Assembly (NCBI GenBank): GCA_963977005.1
Contig: CAXBMQ010000019.1
Span: 26,734-90,733, forward strand
From: an uncultured Rhodospirillaceae bacterium
GTDB lineage: Bacteria; Pseudomonadota; Alphaproteobacteria; MPNO01; UBA830
Direction: 5' to 3'
DNA: 64,000 nucleotides
Below, piece by piece: positions 45,458 to 54,343 of this stretch. The translations under genes were made by a program, and so were the position numbers. Each line of letters opens with the position of its first letter. Position 1 is the first letter of the stretch. The notes under the pieces were generated by a model. The model did no database searches and was not told the origin of the DNA. It saw nothing but the letters and a program-made list of their open reading frames with translations.

Positions 45458-46386
45458 CGGAAAAAGTCCCGGCTGCCCGCCATAGCGCCGTCGCCCATGC
45501 GATGATGCTGTTCGCGGTGATGATCTTTGCCCTCAACTATATCGTCGGCCGCTGGGCGGTGGGGGATACCCCGCCTTACATGATGGGCTTCGTGCGGTGG
45601 GAGGCAGGGATGTTAATTCTGTTACCCTTTGCCTGGCCCCACCTGCGCCGCGACCACGCTTTCATCGGCCGGAACTGGAAACTTCTCTGCCTGGCGGGAT
45701 TCCTGATGCCGTTCATGGGGGCCGGTGTAAGCTATGTGGCGATGATCCATACCGGGGCGATCAATGCCGGCGTCATCGTAACCTCGATGCCCGTGATGAT
45801 GGTGCTGCTGTCCTGGCTGATCCTCAAGGAGCGCTTTACCGGCGGTGTGTGGCTCGGTATCGCAATCGCGATCGCCGGGGTGCTGTATATCGTTTCCCGC
45901 GGCGATCTGGCTTCGCTCCTGAACCTGTCGTTCAACATCGGCGATCTGATCCTGATCGGCTGCAATCTCGGTCTGGCGGGGTATGGCATCGCCATCAAAA
46001 AACTGCCGCAAGGCATACACCCGCTCTCCCTGCTGACGGTAGTCTGCGCCGTCGGCGCACTGTGTCACGCGCCGTTCGTCGCCTATGAGATGGCACTGGG
46101 TGACTATGCCGTGCTGAGTACGAAGACATTCGTGACGCTGGGCTTCGTTGCGGTGTTTCCGTCGGTCGTTGCCATCCTGATCTGGAATATCGCCATCGGC
46201 CGGATCGGCCCCAGCCGGTCCGCTTTCTACATGTATCTGACACCGGTCTTTGCTGCGATCTTTGCGATTCCGCTGCTCGGCGAATCGATTGGCGTCTATC
46301 ATGTCGTCGGTGCCGGGCTGATCGTCATCGGGGTGACCCTGGCGAGCCGTAAAGCACAGACATCAAGCAAGACAGAGGCGACATGA
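45454..46386 (+). CDS. DMT superfamily (EamA-like) transporter, tandem paralog
   Basis: 310 aa, starting at the ATG at 45454 and overlapping the upstream stop by 4 bp. Roughly 60% identical in sequence to the preceding gene (my estimate from alignment by eye). Confidence 0.8.
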   Translation: MTEKVPAARHSAVAHAMMLFAVMIFALNYIVGRWAVGDTPPYMMGFVRWEAGMLILLPFAWPHLRRDHAFIGRNWKLLCLAGFLMPFMGAGVSYVAMIHTGAINAGVIVTSMPVMMVLLSWLILKERFTGGVWLGIAIAIAGVLYIVSRGDLASLLNLSFNIGDLILIGCNLGLAGYGIAIKKLPQGIHPLSLLTVVCAVGALCHAPFVAYEMALGDYAVLSTKTFVTLGFVAVFPSVVAILIWNIAIGRIGPSRSAFYMYLTPVFAAIFAIPLLGESIGVYHVVGAGLIVIGVTLASRKAQTSSKTEAT

Positions 46387-47363
46387 AAGCAATACAGTTC
46401 TCGGAGACCGGCGGGCCGGAGGTTCTGGAGTATGTCGACCTGCCCGATCCAACGGCGGGTCCGGGCGAGGTGCTGGTCAGGGCGCATGCCTTCGGCGTCG
46501 GCAAGCCCGACGTTCTGCTGCGCTCCGGTGTCTATAAATGGATGCCGCCTTTGCCCGCCGTTATCGGCAATGAAATGACGGGCCATGTCGTCGGGGTCGG
46601 CGCGGGCGTCAGTCATCTTGCGCTTGGCCAGGCGGTGCTCGTTTTCGGCACGGGTGGCGGGCGTCATGCGGAACTGAATGCGGTGCCGGCCGATATCGTC
46701 ACGGCGCTGCCCGGCGGGGTCGATCTCGATGCGGCCGTGTGTATTCCGAACTACGCCATTGCGTGGTGCCTGCTGAAAGAGGCGTGCGCCGGCACCGATG
46801 TGAAATCGGTATATGTGAACGGCGCCGCCGGCGGGGTCGGGTCTGCGGCGATCGATCTCTGCCGTCTTGAAGGCTTTGAGGTGATCGCCGGGGCAAGCAG
46901 CGACGCGAAATGCGCTTTCGCAAAAGACCTCGGCGCGGACCATACGATTAACTATGCGACCGGGAACGTGGCGGACCGCGTACTCGACCTGACGGGCGGG
47001 CGCGGCGTCGACCTGGCGCTCGATCAGCTCGTCGGTCCGGACTTTACCGACAATCTGCGTATGCTGGCGCCGCTCGGCATGATCCTGTCTTTTAATGCGC
47101 TGGCCGGGCTGCCGGAAAAAGAACTGTTCGCCGAAATGCGCGCGCATCTGGGCAAGAGCCCGGCGGTGCGGTGTTTTTCATGGCACAGCTACGATGCCAA
47201 TCCGGAAGCACGGGCCCGGATTCTGGGCGAAGTGGTCGATCGCTTCGCCGCCGGCGATCTTTCCCCGCCGATCCATGCCCAGCTGCCGCTGGCCGAGGCG
47301 CGCAAGGCGCATGAAATGCTGGATGCCCGCGACATTCTCGGCAAGGTGGTTCTGAAGCCGTAG
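46383..47363 (+). CDS. qor: NADPH:quinone oxidoreductase / zinc-type alcohol dehydrogenase superfamily (MDR)
   Basis: 326 aa. GroES-like N-terminal domain and the Rossmann motif GAAGGVGSAAIDL. Confidence 0.8.
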   Translation: MKAIQFSETGGPEVLEYVDLPDPTAGPGEVLVRAHAFGVGKPDVLLRSGVYKWMPPLPAVIGNEMTGHVVGVGAGVSHLALGQAVLVFGTGGGRHAELNAVPADIVTALPGGVDLDAAVCIPNYAIAWCLLKEACAGTDVKSVYVNGAAGGVGSAAIDLCRLEGFEVIAGASSDAKCAFAKDLGADHTINYATGNVADRVLDLTGGRGVDLALDQLVGPDFTDNLRMLAPLGMILSFNALAGLPEKELFAEMRAHLGKSPAVRCFSWHSYDANPEARARILGEVVDRFAAGDLSPPIHAQLPLAEARKAHEMLDARDILGKVVLKP

Positions 47364-47464
47364 CAACGCTGCGCGCTCCCGCGACAAGCCGATCGGTTCC
47401 GCGATCACGGCAAGGTCCGAAACGACTTCCTGAATTGCCGGACACGGGCTCTAGATTCTCGACT

Positions 47465-47518
47465 CTGCGTCTTTGTTTCTGCATGCTGCGCATTCACAGC
47501 GCAGAAACAGGGACGCAG
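47465..47518 (+). promoter_or_regulatory. Long imperfect hairpin (about 22 bp of stem) ending 5 nt before the polA start codon and covering its Shine-Dalgarno region
   Basis: CTGCGTCTTTGTTTCTGC-atgct-GCGC-attcaca-GCGC-AGAAACAGGGACGCAG. Arms are complementary apart from two T·G wobble positions. Confidence 0.35.
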
Positions 47519-47522
47519 CGAA

Positions 47523-50500
47523 ATGGCAGGCAACGAAGAACTCGATCATGTCTATCTGGTAGACGGGTCGGCCTATATTTTCCGGGCTTTTCACGCGTTG
47601 CCGCCCATGACCCGTGCCGACGGCACGCCGGTGAATGCGGTGTACGGCTTTTCCAACATGCTGACCAAGCTGGTCGAGGATTCGGAAGCCGATTTCCTTG
47701 CCGTGATCTTCGACACCGCGCGCAAGACGTTCCGCAGCGACATCTATCCAGAATACAAGGCGCACCGCCCGCCGGCGCCGGAGGAACTGATCCCGCAATT
47801 CGAGCTGATCCGCGAAGCGACACGGGCCTACAGCCTGCCGTGTCTCGAACTCGAAGGCTTCGAGGCCGACGATCTGATCGCGACCTATGCGCGTCACGCG
47901 GTCGAACAGGGCTTCGATGTCACCATCGTGTCGTCCGACAAGGACCTGATGCAGCTGGTCGGGCCCGGTGTGCGCATGATGGACCCGATGAAAAACAAGT
48001 TCATCGGGCCCGATGAAGTGGTCGAAAAGTTCGGCGTCGCACCCGACAGGGTGGTGGACGTGCAGGCGTTGCTCGGCGATTCGACCGATAACGTGCCGGG
48101 TATCAAGGGCATCGGCGAAGCGCCGGCCGCACAGCTGATCAACGAGTTCGGCAGTCTCGATGAACTATTCGAGGCAACGAAGGACCCGGAAGCCGTCAAG
48201 GCGATGGCGACCGAAAAGGCAGATGCCTGCAAGGCGCGGATATTCGAGCTCGCCGGGCGCGAGTTCAGTATCGGGTCGCCCAAGCAGCTCAAGGAAGTGT
48301 TGATCGACGAGCTGAAGCTGCCGGTGCTGAAGGACAAGAAAACCGGCAAACCGACCACCAATGCCGCGGCGATGAACGATCTGGCCTCGAAGGGTCACGA
48401 GATCGCGCAGCAGATTATCGACTACCGGTTCTACGCGAAGGTGAATAGCAGCTTTGCCGACCTCATCCACCGGGAACAGGAAATTGCCGATATCTCGCGT
48501 CAGCTCGTCACGCTGCGCGCCGACGTGCCGGTCGATCACAAGATTGCCGAGTTTCAGAAAAAGCGTCCCGATCCGGATGTGCTTATTCCTTTCCTCGAAG
48601 AGCAGGGCTTCAAGACCATCCTGTCGAAAGTCCGCGCCGAGTTCGGGGTGGAGGAGGCTGTCTCCACACCCGATTCGGAGACCGCGCCCGGCGATGCCGC
48701 CTATGAACTGGTGCAGGACGAGGACGCGCTGAAGCAATGGATCGCCGCGGCGGAGAAAGAAGGCGTCGTCGCGTTCGATACCGAAACCTCGTCGCTCGAT
48801 TCGATGCAGGCCGATCTGGTGGGGCTGTCCCTGTCTGTCAGAGGCGGCAGTGCCTGTTACGTGCCGCTCGCCCATGTCGCCCCCGGCGGCGCGGCCGACG
48901 GCGAGCTCGATCTCGGTGACGATGCCGCGCCGAAAGCGGCGGCGCCGAAGCAGATTCCGTTCGAGACGGCGATCGCGCTGCTCAAGCCGATGCTCGAAGA
49001 TCCGGGCATTCTGAAGGTCGGTCAGAACATCAAATACGACATGCAGGTAATGGCGCGCTACGGTGTCGAGGTCGCGCCGATCGACGACACCATGATCCTG
49101 TCCTACGTGCTTGAAGCCGGGTTGCACGGTCACGGGCTCGACGAACTGGCGACCCTTCACCTCGGTCACACCAATATCAAGTATTCGGAGGTCGCGGGCA
49201 CGGGCAAGAAACAGATCGGCTTTGCCGAGGTCCCGCTTGAGGCGGCGCTCGATTACGCGGCGGAGGACGCCGAGGTGACCGGTCGGATCTACCGTCAGCT
49301 CAAGCCGCGCATCGCAACCGAACGCATGGCGACGGTATACGAGACGCTCGAACGCGCCCTGGTCCCGGTACTGTCGGATATGGAGCGCCGGGGCATCAGC
49401 ATCGATGCGACTTTTCTCAAGGACCTGTCCGGCGATCTCGAAAAACGTGCGGCCGATATCGCCGCGGAAATTCACGAACTTGCCGGGCGCGAATTCAATA
49501 TCGGCTCGCCCAAGCAGCTCGGCGAGATTCTGTTCGACGAGATGGGAATAGAGGGCGGCAAGAAAACCAAGACCGGCGCTTACGGCACCGGCGCCGATGT
49601 GCTCGAAGGGCTGGCGGCGCAGGGGCACGACTTGCCGAAGCGCGTGCTCGACTGGCGCCAGCTGACCAAGCTGCGCAGCACCTATACCGATGCGCTGGTG
49701 GCCCAGATCAATCCGGAAACCAAGCGCGTGCATACATCCTATGCGCAGGCGATCGCGTCCACCGGGCGGCTGTCATCGACCGATCCCAACCTGCAGAACA
49801 TCCCGATCCGTACCGAGGAGGGCCGCAAGATTCGCCAGGCGTTCATCGCGGACAAAGGCAACGTATTGCTGTCGGCGGATTATTCGCAGATCGAATTGCG
49901 GCTTCTGGCGCACGTTGCGGGCATCGAGACCCTCGTTCAGGCGTTCCGCGACGGTCAGGATATCCATGCGATGACCGCAAGCGAGGTCTTCGGCATACCG
50001 ATCGAGGGTATGGAATCGTCTGTCCGCAGCCGCGCCAAGGCAATCAATTTCGGGATCATCTACGGCATCAGCCCGTTCGGGCTGGCGCGCCAGCTAGCGA
50101 TCCCGCAGGGCGAGGCCAAGAAATATATCGAGAGCTATTTCGAAAAATTTCCCGGCATCAAGGACTACATGGAAACGACCAAGACGTTCGCGCGCGAGCA
50201 TGGCTACGTGCAGACCATCTTCGGCCGCAAATGCCATACACCGGGGATCGCCGACAAGAACCCGGCGCGGCGCAATTTCTCGGAGCGTGCTGCGATCAAC
50301 GCACCCTTGCAGGGGGCTGCGGCCGATATCATCAAGCGCGCGATGATCCGCATTGACCCGGCCCTGTCAAAGGCGGGGCTGGGCGCGAAGATGCTGCTCC
50401 AGGTCCATGACGAACTGATCTTCGAAGTGCCCGAGGCCGAACTCGACAAGACGGCGGCGCTGGTGAAAAAGGTGATGGAAGACGCGGCCCATCTCGACGT

Positions 50501-50552
50501 GCCGCTGGTCGTTGAAACCGGGTCCGGCGCCAACTGGGACCAGGCGCACTGA
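47523..50552 (+). CDS. polA: DNA polymerase I
   Basis: 1009 aa. 5'-3' exonuclease, 3'-5' exonuclease and polymerase domains, with the O-helix RRNFSERAAINAPLQG and motif C VHDEL. Confidence 0.92.
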   Translation: MAGNEELDHVYLVDGSAYIFRAFHALPPMTRADGTPVNAVYGFSNMLTKLVEDSEADFLAVIFDTARKTFRSDIYPEYKAHRPPAPEELIPQFELIREATRAYSLPCLELEGFEADDLIATYARHAVEQGFDVTIVSSDKDLMQLVGPGVRMMDPMKNKFIGPDEVVEKFGVAPDRVVDVQALLGDSTDNVPGIKGIGEAPAAQLINEFGSLDELFEATKDPEAVKAMATEKADACKARIFELAGREFSIGSPKQLKEVLIDELKLPVLKDKKTGKPTTNAAAMNDLASKGHEIAQQIIDYRFYAKVNSSFADLIHREQEIADISRQLVTLRADVPVDHKIAEFQKKRPDPDVLIPFLEEQGFKTILSKVRAEFGVEEAVSTPDSETAPGDAAYELVQDEDALKQWIAAAEKEGVVAFDTETSSLDSMQADLVGLSLSVRGGSACYVPLAHVAPGGAADGELDLGDDAAPKAAAPKQIPFETAIALLKPMLEDPGILKVGQNIKYDMQVMARYGVEVAPIDDTMILSYVLEAGLHGHGLDELATLHLGHTNIKYSEVAGTGKKQIGFAEVPLEAALDYAAEDAEVTGRIYRQLKPRIATERMATVYETLERALVPVLSDMERRGISIDATFLKDLSGDLEKRAADIAAEIHELAGREFNIGSPKQLGEILFDEMGIEGGKKTKTGAYGTGADVLEGLAAQGHDLPKRVLDWRQLTKLRSTYTDALVAQINPETKRVHTSYAQAIASTGRLSSTDPNLQNIPIRTEEGRKIRQAFIADKGNVLLSADYSQIELRLLAHVAGIETLVQAFRDGQDIHAMTASEVFGIPIEGMESSVRSRAKAINFGIIYGISPFGLARQLAIPQGEAKKYIESYFEKFPGIKDYMETTKTFAREHGYVQTIFGRKCHTPGIADKNPARRNFSERAAINAPLQGAAADIIKRAMIRIDPALSKAGLGAKMLLQVHDELIFEVPEAELDKTAALVKKVMEDAAHLDVPLVVETGSGANWDQAH

Positions 50553-50579
50553 TTTCCCGGCCGGTCGCCGTACCCGCCT

Positions 50580-52280
50580 TCAGGTAATCGAGATTTCCTG
50601 GTCGGGTCGGTTGCGGCCCATCACGCGGGTCAGCAGGATGACCGGGATGACGCCGGCGGCGACGATGGTCAGGGCGCCCAGCGCGCATTCTTCCAGCAAT
50701 TCATCCGACGCGAACTGATAGACATAGGTCGCCAGCGTGTCGAAGTTGAACGGCCGCAGCAGCAATGTCGCCGGCAGTTCCTTCATGCAGTCGACGAAGA
50801 TCAGGATCGCGGCCGTCATCATGCTGCCGCGGATGATCGGCAGGTTCACTTTGATCAGCGCCTGTGCCGGGCCATGTTTCAGGGTACGGGCGGCATCATC
50901 CATATGCGGCGTGACGCGTCCGAGCCCGGCTTCGAGGGTGCCGTAGGCAAGGGCGAGAAACCGCACGACATAGGCAAACAGGACGGCGACAATGGTTCCC
51001 GACAGGATCAGGCCGGTGCTCACGCCGAACGTTGCGCGCATGAAGCCGTCGACGGCGTTATCGAACGCGCCGAACGGAAACAGGATACCGATGGCGAGTA
51101 CCGCGCCGGGCACCGCATAACCGAGACTGGCAAACCGCGCGAGGTTGCGCAGTGTCGTGCTTTTGCGCAACCGCACGGCATAGGCGAGAAACAGTCCGAT
51201 CAGCACGGCGACCCCGGCGGCGAGTGCCGCCAGCAGGATGCTGTTGACGGCTGCCTGCGGAAAGCGGTTGCTGAGCGATACATCGTAAAATTCGATTGCG
51301 TAGGAGATCAGCAGGCCCGCGGGGACGAAAAAACCGATCAGGATCGGGAGGGAGCATACGAGGAAAGCCAGCGTTCTGCGTCCGCCGCGAAGGTCGAACC
51401 GGACCGGCCGCCGCGGCCGGGTAGAAGTGTCGTGATAGCCGCGCCGGCGCCGTGCGACCCGTTCCGCGACCAGCAGAAAGATGACGAATACCAGCATGAC
51501 AACGGCGATCTGGGCGCCGCCGCCGGTATTGTTCATCACCAGCCACACGTTGAACATGCCGGTGGTCAGGGTCTGGACGGCAAAGAAATCGACGGTACCG
51601 AAATCGTTCAGGGTTTCCATCAGCACCAGGGCAACCCCGACAACGATGGACGGGCGCGCCATTGGCAGGGATACGCGGCGGAATGCCGCCCAGGGCGAAC
51701 AGCCTAGCGTCCGCGCCGCTTCGCCGACGCCGGAAGACTGTTCGAGAAATGCCGACCGCGCAAGCAGGTAGACGTAAGGATAGAGCGTCATCGTCATCAC
51801 GACGATCGCACCGCCGAGCGAGCGTATTTCGGGGAACCAGTAATCCCGCGACGTCGTCCAGCCGAAGATGTCGCGCAGCATCATCTGTACCGGGCCCGCG
51901 TATTCAAGGATGTCCGTATACACGTAGGCGACGACATATGCCGGCATTGCCAGCGGCAGTACCAGTGCCCATTCGAATATCCGCCGGCCCGGAAAGGCGC
52001 ACATGGTGACCAGCCAGGCCGTCCCCACGCCGATCAGGACGGTGCCGGCGGCGACGCCCGCCATCAATTCGAGCGTGACGATGATGTATCCGGGAAGGAC
52101 GGTCTCCCACAGATGCGGCCAGATATTTTCGGTCGGGAAAAAAGCGGCGGCCAGCACCGTGAGGATCGGCAGTGCCACGATCGCGGTAATAACAAAAGCG
52201 CCCGCGGCCCAGGGGTCCGGCTTGAACCGTCTGGTGCTGCGGGCGCGTTCGTTGTCTACGGAAGCGTTAAGTCCGGTCAT
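50580..52280 (-). CDS. fbpB: Iron(III) ABC transporter permease, two fused transmembrane domains
   Basis: 566 aa with a duplicated BPD-transporter domain typical of FbpB/AfuB. Confidence 0.85.
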   Translation of the reverse strand: MTGLNASVDNERARSTRRFKPDPWAAGAFVITAIVALPILTVLAAAFFPTENIWPHLWETVLPGYIIVTLELMAGVAAGTVLIGVGTAWLVTMCAFPGRRIFEWALVLPLAMPAYVVAYVYTDILEYAGPVQMMLRDIFGWTTSRDYWFPEIRSLGGAIVVMTMTLYPYVYLLARSAFLEQSSGVGEAARTLGCSPWAAFRRVSLPMARPSIVVGVALVLMETLNDFGTVDFFAVQTLTTGMFNVWLVMNNTGGGAQIAVVMLVFVIFLLVAERVARRRRGYHDTSTRPRRPVRFDLRGGRRTLAFLVCSLPILIGFFVPAGLLISYAIEFYDVSLSNRFPQAAVNSILLAALAAGVAVLIGLFLAYAVRLRKSTTLRNLARFASLGYAVPGAVLAIGILFPFGAFDNAVDGFMRATFGVSTGLILSGTIVAVLFAYVVRFLALAYGTLEAGLGRVTPHMDDAARTLKHGPAQALIKVNLPIIRGSMMTAAILIFVDCMKELPATLLLRPFNFDTLATYVYQFASDELLEECALGALTIVAAGVIPVILLTRVMGRNRPDQEISIT

Positions 52281-52318
52281 ACGGGTCTTTTTTCAGGCAA
52301 AGACCCGCAGGTCAATGC

Positions 52319-53353
52319 TCAGTTCGTGGCAGGCCCGTCATTATAGCCGACCGTGTTGACGATTTTCAGCGCGGCCGCCCGGTTCTTGGCGATGGTGTCG
52401 AGCGAGACAGTGTCGCGCGCGAACTTGCCCCAGGATTCGAGCAGGGGCGACGCCTTCACATCCGGGTCGATCGGGTATTCGTTATTGACGTTGGCGTAAA
52501 GGCCCTGGGCCTTCTTGCTTGTCAGGAATTCCATCAGCTTGACGGCGTTTTCCTTGTTCGGCGCATGCTTGGTCATCATCACGCCGCTGACATTCATGTG
52601 GGTGCCCTTGCCCGCAAGCGTCGGGAAGACGAGATTGGCCGACGCCGCCCACGGTTTCTGCTTCTCGTTTTTGAGCATCAGCGCCATGTAATAGTGGTTG
52701 CCCACGGCGACATCGCAGACGCCTTCCATGATCGCTTTTACCTGTGCGCGGTCATTGCCCTGCGGTTTCCGTGCGAGATTGGCCTTGACGCCCTTGAGCC
52801 ATTCGGTGGCCTTGGCTTCGCCGTAATGGCCGATATAGGCGGCGAGCAGGGCGATGTTATAGGCGTGGTCGCCCTTGCGGGTGCAAACCTTGCCGCGCCA
52901 TTTCGGATCGGCAAGTTCCTCGTATGACGTGATTGCGCCCTTTGCCACACGGTCCTTCGAGGTATAAAGCAGCCGGGCGCGCAGCGTCAGGCCGTACCAC
53001 ATGCCTTTTGCATCGCGGTATTCCGCGGGAACGGCTTTCTCGAGAGCGGCGGTTTTCACCTGCTGGGCAAGCCCGGCATTGACGACGGCGGAGAGCCGGC
53101 CGATATCGACCGTAAACACCAGATCAGCCGGGCTGTTGCGTCCCTCGGCCTGCAGGCGCTTGATCAGGCCTTTGGTCGCAAAAACCACGTTGACCTTCAC
53201 ACCGGTTTCCTTGGTGAAAGCATCGAACAGCGGCCGCACGAGAGCGGCCTGGCGATACGAGTAAACATTTACTTCGGCTGCCGAGGCGGCGGTGGTGGTG
53301 GTTGCCATCGGGGCCGCAACAAGCGCTGCGGCGGCGAGGAGGCGGTATTTCAT
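52319..53353 (-). CDS. fbpA: Fe(3+) ABC transporter periplasmic substrate-binding protein
   Basis: 344 aa. Signal peptide, then the FbpA/AfuA-type fold (VNVYSYRQ...). Confidence 0.85.
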   Translation of the reverse strand: MKYRLLAAAALVAAPMATTTTAASAAEVNVYSYRQAALVRPLFDAFTKETGVKVNVVFATKGLIKRLQAEGRNSPADLVFTVDIGRLSAVVNAGLAQQVKTAALEKAVPAEYRDAKGMWYGLTLRARLLYTSKDRVAKGAITSYEELADPKWRGKVCTRKGDHAYNIALLAAYIGHYGEAKATEWLKGVKANLARKPQGNDRAQVKAIMEGVCDVAVGNHYYMALMLKNEKQKPWAASANLVFPTLAGKGTHMNVSGVMMTKHAPNKENAVKLMEFLTSKKAQGLYANVNNEYPIDPDVKASPLLESWGKFARDTVSLDTIAKNRAAALKIVNTVGYNDGPATN

Positions 53354-53461
53354 CCTGATACTCCCTGGAAGCTTTTGGGTCCTGCCCGGACCCGGGTTGT
53401 TGATCCAACTACAGTGTATTGACGAGAGGGTTTTCTAAGGGCTTTGAAACGGAGTGTCAAC

Positions 53462-53484
53462 GTAAATGACAATCATTCGCAAAT
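53462..53484. promoter_or_regulatory. Fur-box-like site AATGACAATCATTCGC (13 of 16 matches to the AATGATAATCATTATC core), about 110 bp upstream of fbpA
   Basis: Seen directly in the sequence, within a roughly 240-bp AT-rich spacer. Adjacent to iron-uptake genes. Which regulator (Fur, Mur or other) is not assigned. Confidence 0.4.
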
Positions 53485-53569
53485 ATGAAGAGAGTTGAAG
53501 TGAAAAAATAATATTAGAAATCAATGTGTTATAAAATTTCTCGCGGATGTCAGCGAATTTATTATTGTT

Positions 53570-53588
53570 ATTGCGAATGAGTCGCAAT
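53570..53588. promoter_or_regulatory. Palindrome ATTGCGA-atgag-TCGCAAT, about 50 bp upstream of the hypothetical gene at 53640. A third TTGCGAAT-type half-site lies at about 53476.
   Basis: Seen directly in the sequence. Confidence 0.35.
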
Positions 53589-53639
53589 ACAAGAACCGTT
53601 CAACGACCGGTGACGGCGTTCAACTTCAGAGGCATCCAG

Positions 53640-54269
53640 ATGAAAAATTCGAAGCACCCCGTGTCGTCGGCAAACCCTGCGGCGCTCGCAATCCTGCCGA
53701 CGGCCAAGGGCGAATCCCATCGCCATCTGGACGCTGCTTCGGCGCTGGATCTGGCGATCCTCGGGGCGACGGCCTGCCGGATGACGCCCCTGGCGCGGCT
53801 GGTCGATACCGTCTGGTGTCTCACCGGCGGCGGCTGGCGTCCGCCGACGGATGTCATTCACGAAGCCCTGCGCACGGCGAATGCGGCGGGGACGGTCCTC
53901 GCCACCGAAAGCTGGGTCCGGTCGATCCCGTTTTTCTATACGTTGACGCCGAAAGGCGCCAAGGCATTCCGCACGCTCATGATGCGCCCGTTGCCCTCCT
54001 GGGACGACCCGATCTCGCGCTCGGCCGCCGCGATCAAGTTCGGCCTGCTCGATGTCACGGATGACAAGGATCTTGTGCCCGTCGCCGCCGACCTGAAGCG
54101 GTTCTACCTGGACTCGCGCCGCGGACTCGAATCCCGCCGCGAAAGTCTCGCCGCCGACCGCGCCTTTCTGCATGCTGCCGTCGGCGACCGCATCGCCTGG
54201 GCCGATCAGCGTATCCACGCACTGGACGACCTAAAGCGCGCGCGGGCGCGGCCAAAGGTGCTGCACTGA
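53640..54269 (+). CDS. Hypothetical protein, possibly wHTH-like
   Basis: Start at MKNSKHPV with an AGAGG RBS. The ORF-track 5' extension lies in AT-rich, non-coding-looking DNA. No confident family assignment. Confidence 0.45.
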   Translation: MKNSKHPVSSANPAALAILPTAKGESHRHLDAASALDLAILGATACRMTPLARLVDTVWCLTGGGWRPPTDVIHEALRTANAAGTVLATESWVRSIPFFYTLTPKGAKAFRTLMMRPLPSWDDPISRSAAAIKFGLLDVTDDKDLVPVAADLKRFYLDSRRGLESRRESLAADRAFLHAAVGDRIAWADQRIHALDDLKRARARPKVLH

Positions 54270-54291
54270 ACCCGCCCGACACCTGACGAAT

Positions 54292-54323
54292 AAAAAAGGC
54301 CGGCAATGAATGCCGGCCTTTTT
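54292..54323. terminator. Bidirectional rho-independent terminator between the convergent hypothetical gene and pckA
   Basis: AAAAAA-GGCCGGCA-atgaa-TGCCGGCC-TTTTT. Confidence 0.7.
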
Positions 54324-54343
54324 CGTAATATGTAGCTGCGCGT

